From: Lingula anatina
Taxonomy: Eukaryota; Animalia; Brachiopoda
NCBI GenBank assembly: GCA_051362555.1
Contig: CM120646.1
Span: forward strand, 20,212,001-20,276,000
DNA length: 64,000 nt
Reading direction: 5' to 3'
Under the pieces are notes generated by a model, which saw only the letters and a program-made list of their open reading frames with translations, was not told the origin of the DNA and searched no databases. A program made the position numbers and the translations under genes. Each line of letters starts with the position of its first letter. Position 1 is the first letter of the stretch. Positions 39,280 to 52,600 of the stretch are shown piece by piece.

Positions 39280-40386
39280 AGTGTAGACATTAGAACAGTT
39301 TTCTAACTGACATGGCGGAGGTTTTTCTGCAAATGTCAGAGTAAGCAAGGCTACTTGACACATGCTGTGAAAAGGAAATAATCAGAATACAAAGATTTTT
39401 TTATAATTTTGTAATAACATATACCTGTCATGTTTTTTTCGATGTTAATAATAAATTAACTTTTAGAATAGACTTGCACGTGTGCATGTTAACTTTTTTC
39501 GGCTTTGGAAAAAAAATATTTCGAGAGAGACAGTCATCCATTCGCATTTTAAAGATTTCCACCACGGTTGCTGCTCGAGACTGAGAAGTTGCATTAAGTG
39601 CGACAGATTGATTAAAAACGCCAAATGAAAAGTCTTGTATTAATACCTGTCATGTCAAATATTACGACCTTGGAATGCCTCCAACACTGGAAAATAACCG
39701 GGTTTGCCACATGCCACCGCAATAGAATAGAATGTGTTTCAGGTGGAGATAAACGCAGCAAACAGCGATACTTGGTTCGATTAATACTTGTATATAGACT
39801 TGTATATACAGAAAATAAAGAAATATAAAAAAATATATATATATAGAAAAAAAAAGGTAATTTACGCCTACTCACGAATAAACTTACGATATGGCTCACT
39901 GGCATTCTCATCCCAAGCGTCAAATGCGTCACGAGTCGCCCGAGCTCGAGTTTGCTTCTTGTAAGTTGAACATTTAGGGTTATATTTTAGGCTCCCTTTA
40001 TTAAATGCGATTCTAATCAGACGGATATAGATCTATCTGCATGAAAAATGTGCTCCATATAAAACGGGAGGATTGAATTATTTTTTATTTGCCTCATATA
40101 CCGGTACATATGTAGTTATTTATTCATAAGAGACATTGATGGTTTTAAACAAACTAAGAGACTTGCGGATTTAATTTCTAAAGCTGTAATGACATGATTC
40201 CAAGCGGAATCAATAAAAACATCTTAATAAGAAGAGAGTATCCAAAACTACATAAACATAATTTTGTTTAATGTACAAACCTGAACCTCAAAGACACAGA
40301 TACGTATAGTTAAATGCATTTTACTTAAATTGCCAAATCGTGTTAATAAGCTACCGCATTCATTTACGTGAATCTATAATCTTTAT

Positions 40387-41033
40387 ACCCCCGTCACACT
40401 TATTCGTAATCAGCAGGAATGAAGAAGAATATTAATGATCCTGAACGAAGAATTTTTAAAATTCGCACCACATTCGGGGAAAAACTTCAAATTGACCTTA
40501 ATTATTGTAAGAGTACCGTTGGAATACTCAGAATGCGCTTGAATTCGCCTGGAATGATGAGTGCACTTTCGACTGTATTAGCTCTCAAAAGCAGTTCGAA
40601 TGTAGTTGGAAAACTAGAAATATGTATAATGCTGTAAGAAGGCAGTAAGAATATCTAGAATATGCTTTGAACGGCGCACTAGTGTAGTTCGATTGCTGGG
40701 AACATTAATATTTCAGCTCATCCGAGGCACATTCGAAACATTCTGGCGGGATATAAAATCTCCGTCACACTAGAGGCGGAATGATTAAGAATGGCGTCTG
40801 AAATACAATTCTTTGTGCATTCCAGGATATTCGAGGAGAATTCAATACATTATAAAAATTCTGAGTGCATTCCATATACTTTTACCCATTCTTGTGGTCG
40901 GCTCGAAAGTTTTTGACATGACAACATGTCATGCACTCGGAATTTTTAGAATGCTCTTCGAATATCCAGGAGCGCACAAAGAATTGTCTTTCCGACGGCA
41001 TTCTTGCTCATTCCGCCTCGTTCCCCGGGGGTA
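40387..41033. mobile_element. Rearranged relative of the 38575-39279 MITE
   Basis: 40387-40750 aligns to the left half of 38575-39279. From 40762 (ccgtcacactagaggcggaatga) the sequence matches that element's right end in inverted orientation. Confidence 0.6.
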
Positions 41034-41356
41034 TTAATGACCTTTATGCAAAAGCTCGCAAGTGTATGTCAGTCTGTTTTTAACAATATTAACAGCAGCC
41101 AGTAATAAAATGTTGTTTCCAGAGATACTGCCGGCCACCCACCTGTCTCCGTTTCCAATTTAAATAAAACAAAGCATAAACCCAAGAACTTATTTTCACT
41201 CGAATAAATAAACAAACAAACAAATAAATGAATAAATAATTAAATAAATAAATAAATAGAAAAATAAATAAATAAAATACATAGACAAATCCATCGCAAT
41301 TCACGTGCACTCATGCGTGCTGCCGACGTGCACGTGAGCCTATTCTAAAACCCCAG

Positions 41357-42797
41357 TCATTCATCCTGCGTTTTGTTGTTGGCTTCCACACTTTCCTCGT
41401 TTAATAAAACATCGAAAACCTGTTGATAGTATTCCTTCTTCAGCAATATGGAAAAGATGGCCTCGTGGATCTGCATCAGCTGGCAGAGCGGGCGGGAGAC
41501 GCGGAAACCCGCGGTATACTTTGAGGGCGGCACCACGAACCCCGCCAAATTGGACGCCACTGTACCCCTACAGAATTTCTCCACGGCGTTCAGAACCTGG
41601 CGAAAGTACGTCACCTCCTCCTGAAAATCTACGTCTTGCTCCTTGATGGTCTCCAGAAACGCCTTACTCAAACTGTCGTAGAGCAAATGGTCCCCGGGAC
41701 TCCATTCCTTGTGGGTTGCTCTCAACATCGGCTCAAGGTCGGGCGTAACATCAAAGCTGTACTCGCTCTGTTCGTTAAGTCGTAAATAAATTATGTCTTC
41801 AATATCCCAGCACAGGTGCCTTCGTAAAAGGACCAGGCCGTAGTCCATGTATTCTGTCAGTATCACTAAATCGAAGTGGTTCTCCACCCTTTTGACGGCT
41901 GTATCGTGCGACTCCTTTAATGCAGTTTTCCACCCCAGATCGCGTATCATGAAGTCTTTCAGCCATCGGTACGCACCGCTGGTTTCAGTGTGGGCGAAGA
42001 AAGCCCCTACGGGGTTGTCGCCTGTTAATCCGAGCTTCTGAAACACCGGGAAGAAGCTGAGCGCTGACTTGAACTGCTCCCAGGGCTCGCGGATGACCGT
42101 CACCTTATACGTGTCCTCAGGCATGATCTTCCTCAGCGTTTCTGAATCATACTTCCAGTGGTGAGCCAGTACATCAAACTGCTTATTTGGGTCCTTCCTG
42201 TCCCTGAGGACGTACCCCGGGTACCCGGCTGACTTCTCCTTGTCCTCCGACAGGTTTTCTCCCCCTATGAACGGCAAGGCAACCCGCAGACCGTTTCTGT
42301 ACGCAAATCGCAGCATGATGTTTGTGAGCGTGGAAGAGCCAGTCTTGTGTGTCTTTAAAAACATCACTCTGGTCCTTGGCGTGCAGCCGAAATGATGATT
42401 TATTCTGTCTTTTTTTGTTTTTAGTGGATGTTTAAGAGCTTCCAAGCCCTCTAGTTTTGAAAGAGATGCTTGGCTGCTCTCCCTATGTGAAAAGAAAAAT
42501 GAACTTAATACATCTAGACCAAAAGGGGAAATTAAACGTGTTTAAAAGCTGCAATTGTACGAGAACTGAACCTATTGTCGTTTTCACTTTAAACTGCACA
42601 TTCATGTTAAATATACTGAGATATTATTAAATGGTATACCTGTGTACTTCTTCTGTTTTGTCCAGCCTAGTTTTTGCAGACCCACGAAACAGACAAATTA
42701 AAAGATAGCAACACAAAAATAGGCCAAATATCCTTATGGGAAGTCCGAAATGAAAAATCCTCATTTTCAGTTGGAAGCCGTGTCGGAAATGCCACAT
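41357..42797 (-). CDS. Galactose-3-O-sulfotransferase (GAL3ST family) type II Golgi protein, about 427 aa
   Basis: Exons 42797-42640 and 42482-41357 (phase 2). TM segment IFGLFLCCYLLICLF; 5'-PSB motif FLKTHKTGSST; 3'-PB motif VIREPWEQFKSALSFF; FDLVILTEY..YGLVLLRRHLCW. An alternative ATG at 42764 is possible. Confidence 0.88.
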
Positions 42798-43334
42798 CTT
42801 CCATTCGCGACACTTTGTAATGCCCTGTTCACACGTACCAACAGGAGTTGTCCTGCATCAATCCAGGATCGTAATCCTTAGTGAGCTGATAGGAGAAGTG
42901 GGAGTGGCCAGACTTCTTTAAGCAAAAACCACAGGTAGAATAATTCACAAAATGTTAGAGTATTTTAATTAATCTGAAGGGGAATTCAGGAACCAAGCCG
43001 CTACGACACGTGTAAACGAAACAACAGCCCGTTCATATGCGAGCATGCGGGCGGTTTTACAGCTACCTGGCTGATAAAGACGACTTGGATGAGTATCAAA
43101 GTGATATTAAAGATTTACCACCACATAACTTGCACAGCAAAGGTGACTTGAACACGTATTAAATTGTTATTAAAGATTAATTATTTCATAACTTGTACAG
43201 CGGAGTGGGCTACAGAGAATATCCATATACTATAAAAGCAGTGTAATATTTCACATATTGTACACCAACACACAGCTAAGATTTTAATATACATTTTGTA
43301 ACCACTGGCAATGCTGAATTGTTAAAGACTGCGT

Positions 43335-43604
43335 TCTCATAAGCTTATCGTACTAGCAGGATCAATCTATCTCAGCGGGGATTCTCATGAAGGTGCAGTC
43401 AATGTAATTAGCTTAATTGTCTGGCACGCCCCTTCGCAAAACAACATGAACAACATCATGGACCACAAAGTTTACCCAAATTTACTTAAGTAATTTAAGT
43501 TACGAGGGGTGTCAATATACATTTAACCCGCTTAAACTGAATGCAATTTAACGAGAATTTCCGAGGAGATAGATCGATCCGGCTAATACGATAGGGTTAT
43601 GAGA
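43335..43604. mobile_element. Small MITE-like inverted-repeat element
   Basis: tctcataagcttatcgtactagcaggatcaatctatctc / gagatagatcgatccggctaatacgatagggttatgaga. Confidence 0.6.
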
Positions 43605-46437
43605 CCGGCTCAAAATGACAGACTTAAGCTTATTCCCTTTCTCAAAGGACTGGCTTCTACTGACTTTTCACTAGAGTAGCTGGTGAAAATTAGTGTTCGT
43701 ACTTTTGTGCTATGTAAGATAATGGCACACGCCACCAAAAAGTGAACATTTGCGAATACATTTTCTATTTGTTTTGCCTAATTTTCACTTGTCTGATTTT
43801 TTTGTGCTATGGTGTACTTTAGAACCACCAATATCAATAACTATTAGAAAAACAAAACTGCAGGGTAAAAACAAATATTACACAGATTTGAACGTCATTT
43901 ACTTAAATCGACTCCAATTTTCACTTTATTCAGAATAGTCGATGCGAGGTGCGTACAAACCAGTAGAAAGTAAGCTGATCCTCTGCTGAGTTCACATCAC
44001 AAAATTAAACATACACTGATGTAAAATGGGCACATATTCAGAATTTTGAAACAACAATGAGGGTTTATCGTTCAATCAATAATATATATAAATATATACA
44101 CACAACAATACTGGATGCAAATATAAAAAAGATAGTGGTTTATTAAGTAAGATTTATAATACAATTAACAAGTTAAAATGGACATCTAAAGACTACTTAT
44201 TAAAATACACTGTTCGTCGTATTCAAAATTTGAAGTTCACAAATTGACCCAGTTCATTGAAAAATTTATACGAAGCATGGCATAAATGTGATTTATACTG
44301 TTAACTCCTCTATGGTAAAATACACACTGTGGCTATGGTGATTTCTGGTATCTTTCACATTGCTGCAGCTTGTTAATGTGATTAAATAATTGGACTTCGA
44401 AAATATTTACACAAATCAATGACAGGCAGTACGGCGTTTTTATCAAGTTTGATCTTTTACCATGTAATTTATTCCAAGTTTTGTACTACTATGCCATATC
44501 TGGGTGTTACCTTTCATTATAGTGTGCACAGAAATTCTGCTTTGTTTTTTTTGTATATTGTACGAGCCAAATGGCCTACAACTGAAATGTATTATAACCA
44601 CTTCCTTTCCATGAAGAATTATCATCATGCAATTGAAAATTTGAGGTAGAAGAAGGTTTTAAATTGACGAGACACGGTTGCTCAATAAGAACCTCGTGCT
44701 TCAAATGAAACAGTTTGACCAAAACAGAATCAATTTTCAGATAGACCAGGTGCCTTTCTATCAGCATCAATAAAGCGCACGATTGTTCACCGTGAAGTGA
44801 TGTGCATACTGGGTTATTTATTAATGTGGGCACGTACATGTAGTTTTATGCTTATAAGGTAAGGTTGGTATGTACAGTAGGACCTGTACTTCTTCTGCAA
44901 GACTGTTCAGCACATCTTTATCGAAAACTTGAACTTTGTTTTTGGCATAGGGGAAACCAACACTGGCTAGTCGAGTTAAAACGCTTTCGCGTCTAAAACA
45001 CAAAGCGGCATGTAATCAAGTCTACTAAATATACATTCCATGCAGTCTCTTGTAAACTGGTGTCGGCAACAATGGATATATTTACCTAGGAGCACAGGCC
45101 TACTGCGTCTTAGACAAAGGTGAGCAGCACATTTTACAGAACAAGTATCGATGGCGTTTCTCGTACGTATCCCATAATCCAGGGACGAGGGTGCATTTTT
45201 CGCAAATCAGTATTTATGCAGTAAGTATATTGAAATAATCAGTACTTTGTCGCTGCAGCAGCTGTAGCAGATACCTAGGGGCAGATACTATGGGTCTCTG
45301 ATTGCTAATAAATCGAATCAATGTACTTTAAGAAGCCGTGTGCGTTTATATAAACCCGAGAAATTTTTTTTCAAAACATCAAAAATATTTCAAAAACATC
45401 AAGTCCATCTTAAACAAACATTATTTCAAAACGTCAAGATTATCTAACACAAAATACCAGTATCTCAAAACAACGCCTAGTTGACTTTTTATAAGATAAA
45501 AACACTCAACACTAAGCAATAAAATCGATATAGAATGTTGAAAAATTTATAAAATTTACGCAACCATGCAATGAACGGACATCATATTAACAAGACGAAA
45601 ATAAGTTTGGTTGGTTATAAGTCCATATAAAAATAAAAATGATGATCAAAAATGACTCAAGCTCACGTACAATTGAAAACGTACATAATTAAAAACGTAC
45701 ACGTATTTTTTAAAATGAGTTACGCATTAGCAAGTATATACGTTAGCTGCGCTGCACTTATGTGATATGAACGAAAGTTGACACGTTTCGTACCTGTACC
45801 TTCCTGCATAAAACTTATCCGTGGCAAGGAAAACCCGATAGAAACAAAAGAAGCAGAACAAAGGTGCTTAATACAGGTACAGAACTACATCCTTATTAAC
45901 CATACAATTCTAACATACGAGCACACTGGCAGATACACGGGCTTTTATAGAGAGTGTATGAGAGGGTGGACAAAGATAAATAGTATACAATGTCCATTTT
46001 ACTACATGAACTGTATGTAGGACACAAAGGTCGTTCCTTTTTTGGGGGGGAGGGGGGGTCACAAGGTAAATAAAAGTGGGGCGTGCTCACTGCACCCCCT
46101 AAGTCTGCCACTGTGTAAGTACCTTATAATTTACTAGCTGTGCCTTAAAACTTTACACAATCACATCATATACCGTCACTTTCTCCCGGCAAAGGAAACC
46201 CAATGAAATCAATAACTATCAATCACATGACAAATACACTGCGTTCCCTTATGATGAAATACCGGAACCTTGTGAACTCCATCTTGCAGGCGTAAGTCCT
46301 TGACCTTACTTGCAAAAAACATAATAGGAACATACTTTTTTCCTTCTGTTCAACTCAAGTTATGATGGGTTCATTAAAAATAGTACCAAAAACAAAATAA
46401 ATGAAATTTCTGACTGGATGTAACTGACTCTCTTTCC

Positions 46438-46476
<39 letters not shown>

Positions 46477-46615
46477 CATAATTTGCATACTCCCCCGTAC
46501 TCTGTGGTTTTCACTCAATGTAAGCCTGATTTATTTCTTTTCATGCATCCCAAGCGCTCGTGGTCCGTGTTCGTAGTAGGAACAGCCTTTGTGTTTGGGC
46601 TATCCAAAGGCGTCA

Positions 46616-49600
46616 TTAGGCAACCGAAGTTTCGACTGTATCTTTAACAAAATTTTCTCTCATTTCAAGCTCCTCCGGGTGCTGGCTGTTTCTGCGATCC
46701 ACTTTGGCTGTTCGTTTTAGGATAAAGTTATAGATAATCATATCCAAAAGTTCAAATATTGTGATGACGCTGGCGCCCAAAAGAAGACCCATTAATCCAC
46801 CAATTTCACCTGCAACAGATACAGTGACAATACAGAGACCCTGAAAATGTCGGATTGGGTTACAACGGCTGGGTTAAGAGATAAGATACAAATCGTAAGG
46901 GAGATTTTCAAATACATCATTCAAAATTCTCAACTGGCCCGCTTTCTATGGAAATGATATTGCCTACATTCCGTGTGAAATTTGGAAGAAAAGATTCATG
47001 GTGCTCGTAGATCTGCATTGTGTGGAAAAAGAAAGGAAAAAATAAAGATGGCGCGCAACTCAACAAAATAAAGGCCAAGGTTGTATTGCACTCGTATCTT
47101 TTGTTATGCGTGCCTTGTCTATTTTAAACGAGTATATATGGGATTCAGTCCTAGTGGAAATACGGACTCAGCCGACTTTTTCCGAAACAGATCCGGAACT
47201 TACTAAGTAATGATCCTTCGTTTATGTCTCGCATTTGCTCGATCCTTTGGTAGCTTAGCTGGGCAAAATAGACGTCGAGGCTGAGGAAATTATTCCTGCA
47301 ATCAACAATAGTTTACATTCCAATAATGTAAATGTATTCACTGTAAAAATCGACTCTGTACCTTGCGACATGCCATATGAATATAATCGCAATAGTAGTT
47401 TACATATACCTGTTCTCATCTAGGTCAAATTTATGTAAATGTTAAATGCATGTATTTATATCTGGTTGGTGATCAAAGGAATCACGTTTTTACCATTTAA
47501 ATAAACACTTTGGATTTTCATTTTAATACCAGAAAGTGTGCCACTTAAATGAAGAGGTCGTACATGCACATTAAACACCTAGTGGTTCGTTTAATTCATA
47601 AACACATCAACTACCAGTTGGATGTTTAAATAAGATAAGTTGGGTTAGAATTAGAGATTCAAAAAATTCTAGACATTGATAAACTTACGCCAGACCTACT
47701 TACGCCACAAATTTTGCGTCCAGTGAATTCCCCTTTAAATACCTTTGCAGTCGCGTCTGAATCTTAGTAAAATATTCCAATAAGAGCCCATGGTGGTCGC
47801 TGAGATCGGCACCTAGCTTGTTGGACATTGTCCAAACTGGTTCTAAGTAAGCTTCAACGTGTTCCTGAAGATAGCTATCTACATCGATCAATTGTTCTGT
47901 TGGCGGGGCGCTTGACGTGTTGCTTTGACCAAACAGAGTGATGTCCGGAACGTACCGCTTCCAAATCTCCATTGCCCACAACTGTCCTAAGCACGGCCCT
48001 TTTCTTCCGGTATCAGAGAAAAACGTATCAAACTGCTGACACTTCTTAGCAATGTTTTTGTAAGACTGTGCCACTTCTTCTTGAAGATCATTAAGTTGTT
48101 TCGATTTTCGTTCCTCCAGCCCTTTTGCAACGTCATAAATTTTGTTGATACTCTCCCTTGCCCCTGCGATCTTAGGGTTGGACATTGCGGCTATTTCAGT
48201 TTTGGTCATCTCTCCCATCAGGTTGTATTCCAGCATCATGTCAGTATGTGCCCTGGCATTTGAAACTTTAAGGAGAGACTCGATATGTTCGTCACTTGTC
48301 AATTTCGCACCCGAATATGAATTGGATGTTACTGCCTCCAAAGAAGATAAAGCGCTTAGCGTGGAATTGTACAGATTAAGACAACGCCCGAACTGTTCGA
48401 TCTCACTGACAAGATTTGTCATTTCCAAAACAATGTTAATATTCGATTTGTTTGAATGGCCTAGTGCATATTTACAATTTTCCTCAACATATACCCTTGA
48501 TTGCGCGCACGGAATGGTGTCAGAACCGAAGAAAAAGTCGGGCAAGTATCTTGCGTTCTTCTCGGCACTGAGTTCAAGAAACTCAGACATGCTTTCGTTG
48601 TAAAGATTGTAGAAATTCTGAACTTCCAATTTTGCCTTCGATCGTATGTCGTTAGAGAAGGCGTTTGAACCATCCAATAATATAAATAAGTTACCTGGCA
48701 ATTGGCCCAGAACTTCTGTTAGCCTCAGAACAAAGGGGTGAACCTTGACGACGTACCAAACTCGGTATGGCGATACAAATCCAGTAATCGATCGGGCGTC
48801 TTTCCTATACATATCAATGAGATTCCTTTTTGAATTTTCGATCCTTTGCGTAACATACTTGTGGCCGATGCGTACTTCTAATATATCGCTAAGCACACTT
48901 AGGAATTTGGTATAACTTTTGTTCAGCTCGTGCAACAATTCGTAAACTATGGTGAATCGCTCGGGGTCAACGCGGTGTGCTCCCTCTCTGGCGTTTAAGA
49001 ATGTTTCATTGAGAACAGAAATGTTTCCACGGAGTACACGGTCGACGTTGATGTCGGAAATCGTTGCATAAGATATTACAGGTTCGTAGAACGTGGTGTT
49101 GCAAGGCTGGATACACTGAGCCTGTTTGTCGTTACGTTGCTCTATAATAATAATATAATAATAATGATAATGATAATAATAAAATAATAATAATAATATG
49201 TCATTGTCAATCTGACCTTGCTAGACAGAACAATTGATTGCAATTATCCACTAACAACCATATCGAAGCATTTCCAATTTGTTTTGAACGAACGGGGAGC
49301 TGTTTGTCCCATCTTGCGAACTGCGGGGATGTTGCTCTGTTAAAACCTTTTTTAATTTGATATTTTGCTAAAGCGCATTGCCGTGTAATGGAATGCAGTA
49401 CCCATGATATCAATAGTTTCAAGAAACTGTGTCACTAATATGCTTTGTGAAAACATGCTTTTTTTAAACGTAAAATTACAGAAGTATCTATGTCTATATC
49501 AATACCTAAAAAGAGAAAAAGACGTTAATCGTGAACGAAAATGGAACTTACTCAAAAGTGGCAAAACACAATCAATATATTTAACAGTGTCACAAACAGG

Positions 49601-52600
49601 CGGGTCATCTGAAATAAAAAGTGCATCTATTTTGTAATTAATTTGACCCGCAATAAAAACCGACATGTGTACGTGTCAGGAGTTAAACTATACTATACAC
49701 CATACAGATATACACATGCACAATAAATCGTTATATATTAAGTGCTTTTAAAAGACATTATGTTGTATGGTTCAAGGACCCAGTGTAATGGATATTCTTT
49801 TGTGGTTCCTTGGAAGCAAATCGGGGAGCGCAGTAAATGTTCATGAAATAGTCAGTGCTTATTACCTTTATTATAATGATCAAATTAATCATTATCATAT
49901 CTTTAATTATAAGAATTGATACTATTCAAAACATTTATACATAACTCGTTCTTCATAAACCGTTGCTATTATATCTAAAGTTGTTTCAGTTGCAGACTAG
50001 ATTACACACCCCTCTCTTAACTGACATATAACCATATTTATAAATAGGTTCAATAAAAAACAAACAAGTATACACTTTATCTACTCGACATACACACACA
50101 CACACACACACACACACCCCTTCACCTTTCCCTTTGCCTTCCCCTAGCATATAGGCATCTCGACAGCCGCAGGCTTGTACCAGTCGCTTCGTTTCATGTT
50201 CCAACAAACATCTTCCCGTGGTATATTGTTGATAGTAATCAAGCGGCATGATTCCACAGGTGCCATGAGGTTTCTTAAGACTCTTAGTCTATTAAGAAGT
50301 AGCAAAGTTATGAATAAAATGTGCATGTCACTAAAGACGACATGACAAAGTTTCATGACCCAAAGAAGATAATAAAACTACAATTTTATTATGTTCAAAA
50401 ATTGGAATAATGTCGAGAGGGAGTCACATGATAATTTAAGAACAACAAAGAGGGGGGGGGGGGGGGGGGCTTACGGATGTCTTCTTCACGGCCACCAGCG
50501 CGTGCATTCCAGGAGCCACGGTGAACCCTAGTTCGCGGACCTGTGGGATCTCATCCTGAGGGTGCAGGAATACCTAGAAAAGGTAAGAAAATTAGAATAT
50601 TGATAACGTTTTTAAGTGAAAGTGTTTTTCGATGCGAGAACGGACGAAGAGTATCGAGTCATGATCACCGTCAGGCAAACACATAAACAGACTGGTTTCG
50701 ATGGGATAACATAATGTGAATATGTTATATATTTTTTCACGGATGTGGTACGGTTATCAGTCAAAGAACAGCTTGACTTACACGACCACGCTGTCTCAAT
50801 ACATAACTTTTATTCAACCTTGTTACTAACTCTCCACTACATTATAGATGGAGCATTGGGCCCACGTAAACAACTGAATAACATATGACCTATTCCAGTA
50901 AGGGAAATAAATATAATTTAGGCTGAATACTGGTACATGCATGCACGAGAAACGTTCACGCTTTATCATGAAGTATTTTCAATATACTATAGGTATGGGA
51001 TTTTGTTTTGGCCAGAATACAGACTAGAAGGTAATCAGTTGGGTAATTTGTTAGATTTCAGTTTTGTTTCTGGCTCGAGAATAAATCACCCAATGCCCAT
51101 AAATTCCGTATTTATTTCAAAAATTAAAAAAATACTATAAATGTACTGTATAGCATTTCTGAAATACCCTAAAGTACTTCTGGTCTATTATTAGAATTAA
51201 ACTTCAGGTATAAAGACTAAGGCCAATTCTTGCAAGTCTTATCATTGATAAATTATTCGAAAGCCTTAAAACAATGGGTTTACCTTTTATCGGAAAACAT
51301 TTTAACTTCATGTGAATTGAATCAAAATCATGTTTTGAAAGAACCCTTATATCAGGGGATGATTGTACCTTTACTCTGGCATTTTAGATAACTGTTACTT
51401 GAATCAAAAATATGTTTCAAAGAACTCGTACATCAGATGATAATTGTACCTTCACTCCAGCATCCTTATTTGGCCCTAACATGTACTCATACTGCTCTAT
51501 GTTAAGTATCAAGCTCAAGCCGAATCTTGAACCTACAAAGAGACGCAAAGTGCATGGAGTTGTGATTCAATGAAGTTTCTATACTGACAGCAGCCTTAAA
51601 TTATAAATTAGTACACGTAATTGCACACAATGAATAAGACTTTTTGTGCACTTCCTTCGTGCATTTATTCATATAATCACCTTTTATGTGTAATGGCGTC
51701 CTTATTTTTCAGAAAACAAACCCATTATCATACTCTTTAAGTACACTATTGATTTTTTTGCAAAAAATGTTTCAATATATGTATATGTGTGTACTGTATG
51801 TGTGTAAAGCCTAGGTCCCAACTACGTTTTGGGCGCACGGTTTTTAGGTTCCTTGCGTCCGTCTAGGACGTAGCTAGATCGCAGGGAAGAAATCAAGTAA
51901 TTAAAAAAAAAGCCTAGGCCCCAACCGAACGTACGGGCTGCTACGTGTGGTCTACAGCAAAAAAATGGAGAAAACGTGGGAGTTCGTACGTGAGTAGCAC
52001 GTCCATCGTGCGACTTTTGGAGGACGCAAACAGCACGTAGAAACTTTTCGACATGATCAACAGCCGCTACGTGCGATCTAGGTACGTCCTAGCTGGACGC
52101 AAGGAACCAAAAAACCGTGCGTCCAAAACGTAGTTGGGACCTAGGCTTAACTTTTCGACATGATCAACAGCCGCTACGTGCGATCTAGCTACGTCGTAGC
52201 CGGACGCAAGGAAACTAAAAAACGTGCGTCCAAAACGCAGTTGGGACCTAGGCTTAAGGGATATGACTTTCATGTAATGCTTGTCTGTTTGTTCTCTGGG
52301 ACGGTTGGAAATGTGATCGTGCAGCTGTTGTTTTATGCCTCGGTCACAACCGGCCGTACGGGCTCTTACGGCCTGTTTGCGTCCAAAATTTCCTCAGAAT
52401 CTCACGTGCCGCGCAAGTTCTTCTTGAGAAATTTGGAGTTCGAAGACAGCCCGTAAGCACGTACGGAGGATGTTGAGTATGTCTAAAAGGTTCTACGAAT
52501 AGCCTGCGAACAGCGAGGCAGCAAGCGTAACTTGCACGGAGTTAAGCCTAGGTCCCAACTACGTTTTGGACGTACGGTTTTTAATGTTTTTATAGGTTCC

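Noticed and set aside
45924-46113. Possible CA(C/G)TGGCAGA-terminated MITE, and a similar start at about 63933
   Set aside because: The TIR match is short with no matching TSD, and the second is truncated by the window end.
46616-46633. Possible PDZ-binding C-terminus (ETSVA) of the channel
   Set aside because: A terminal Ala is a weak match to class I PDZ motifs and is not supportable without conservation data.
47700-48938. 412-aa ORF as a stand-alone gene
   Set aside because: It starts at a non-ATG codon, the frame extends upstream to an acceptor at 49141 carrying DEG/ENaC thumb cysteines, and it ends at a GTAAGT donor. It is an internal exon.
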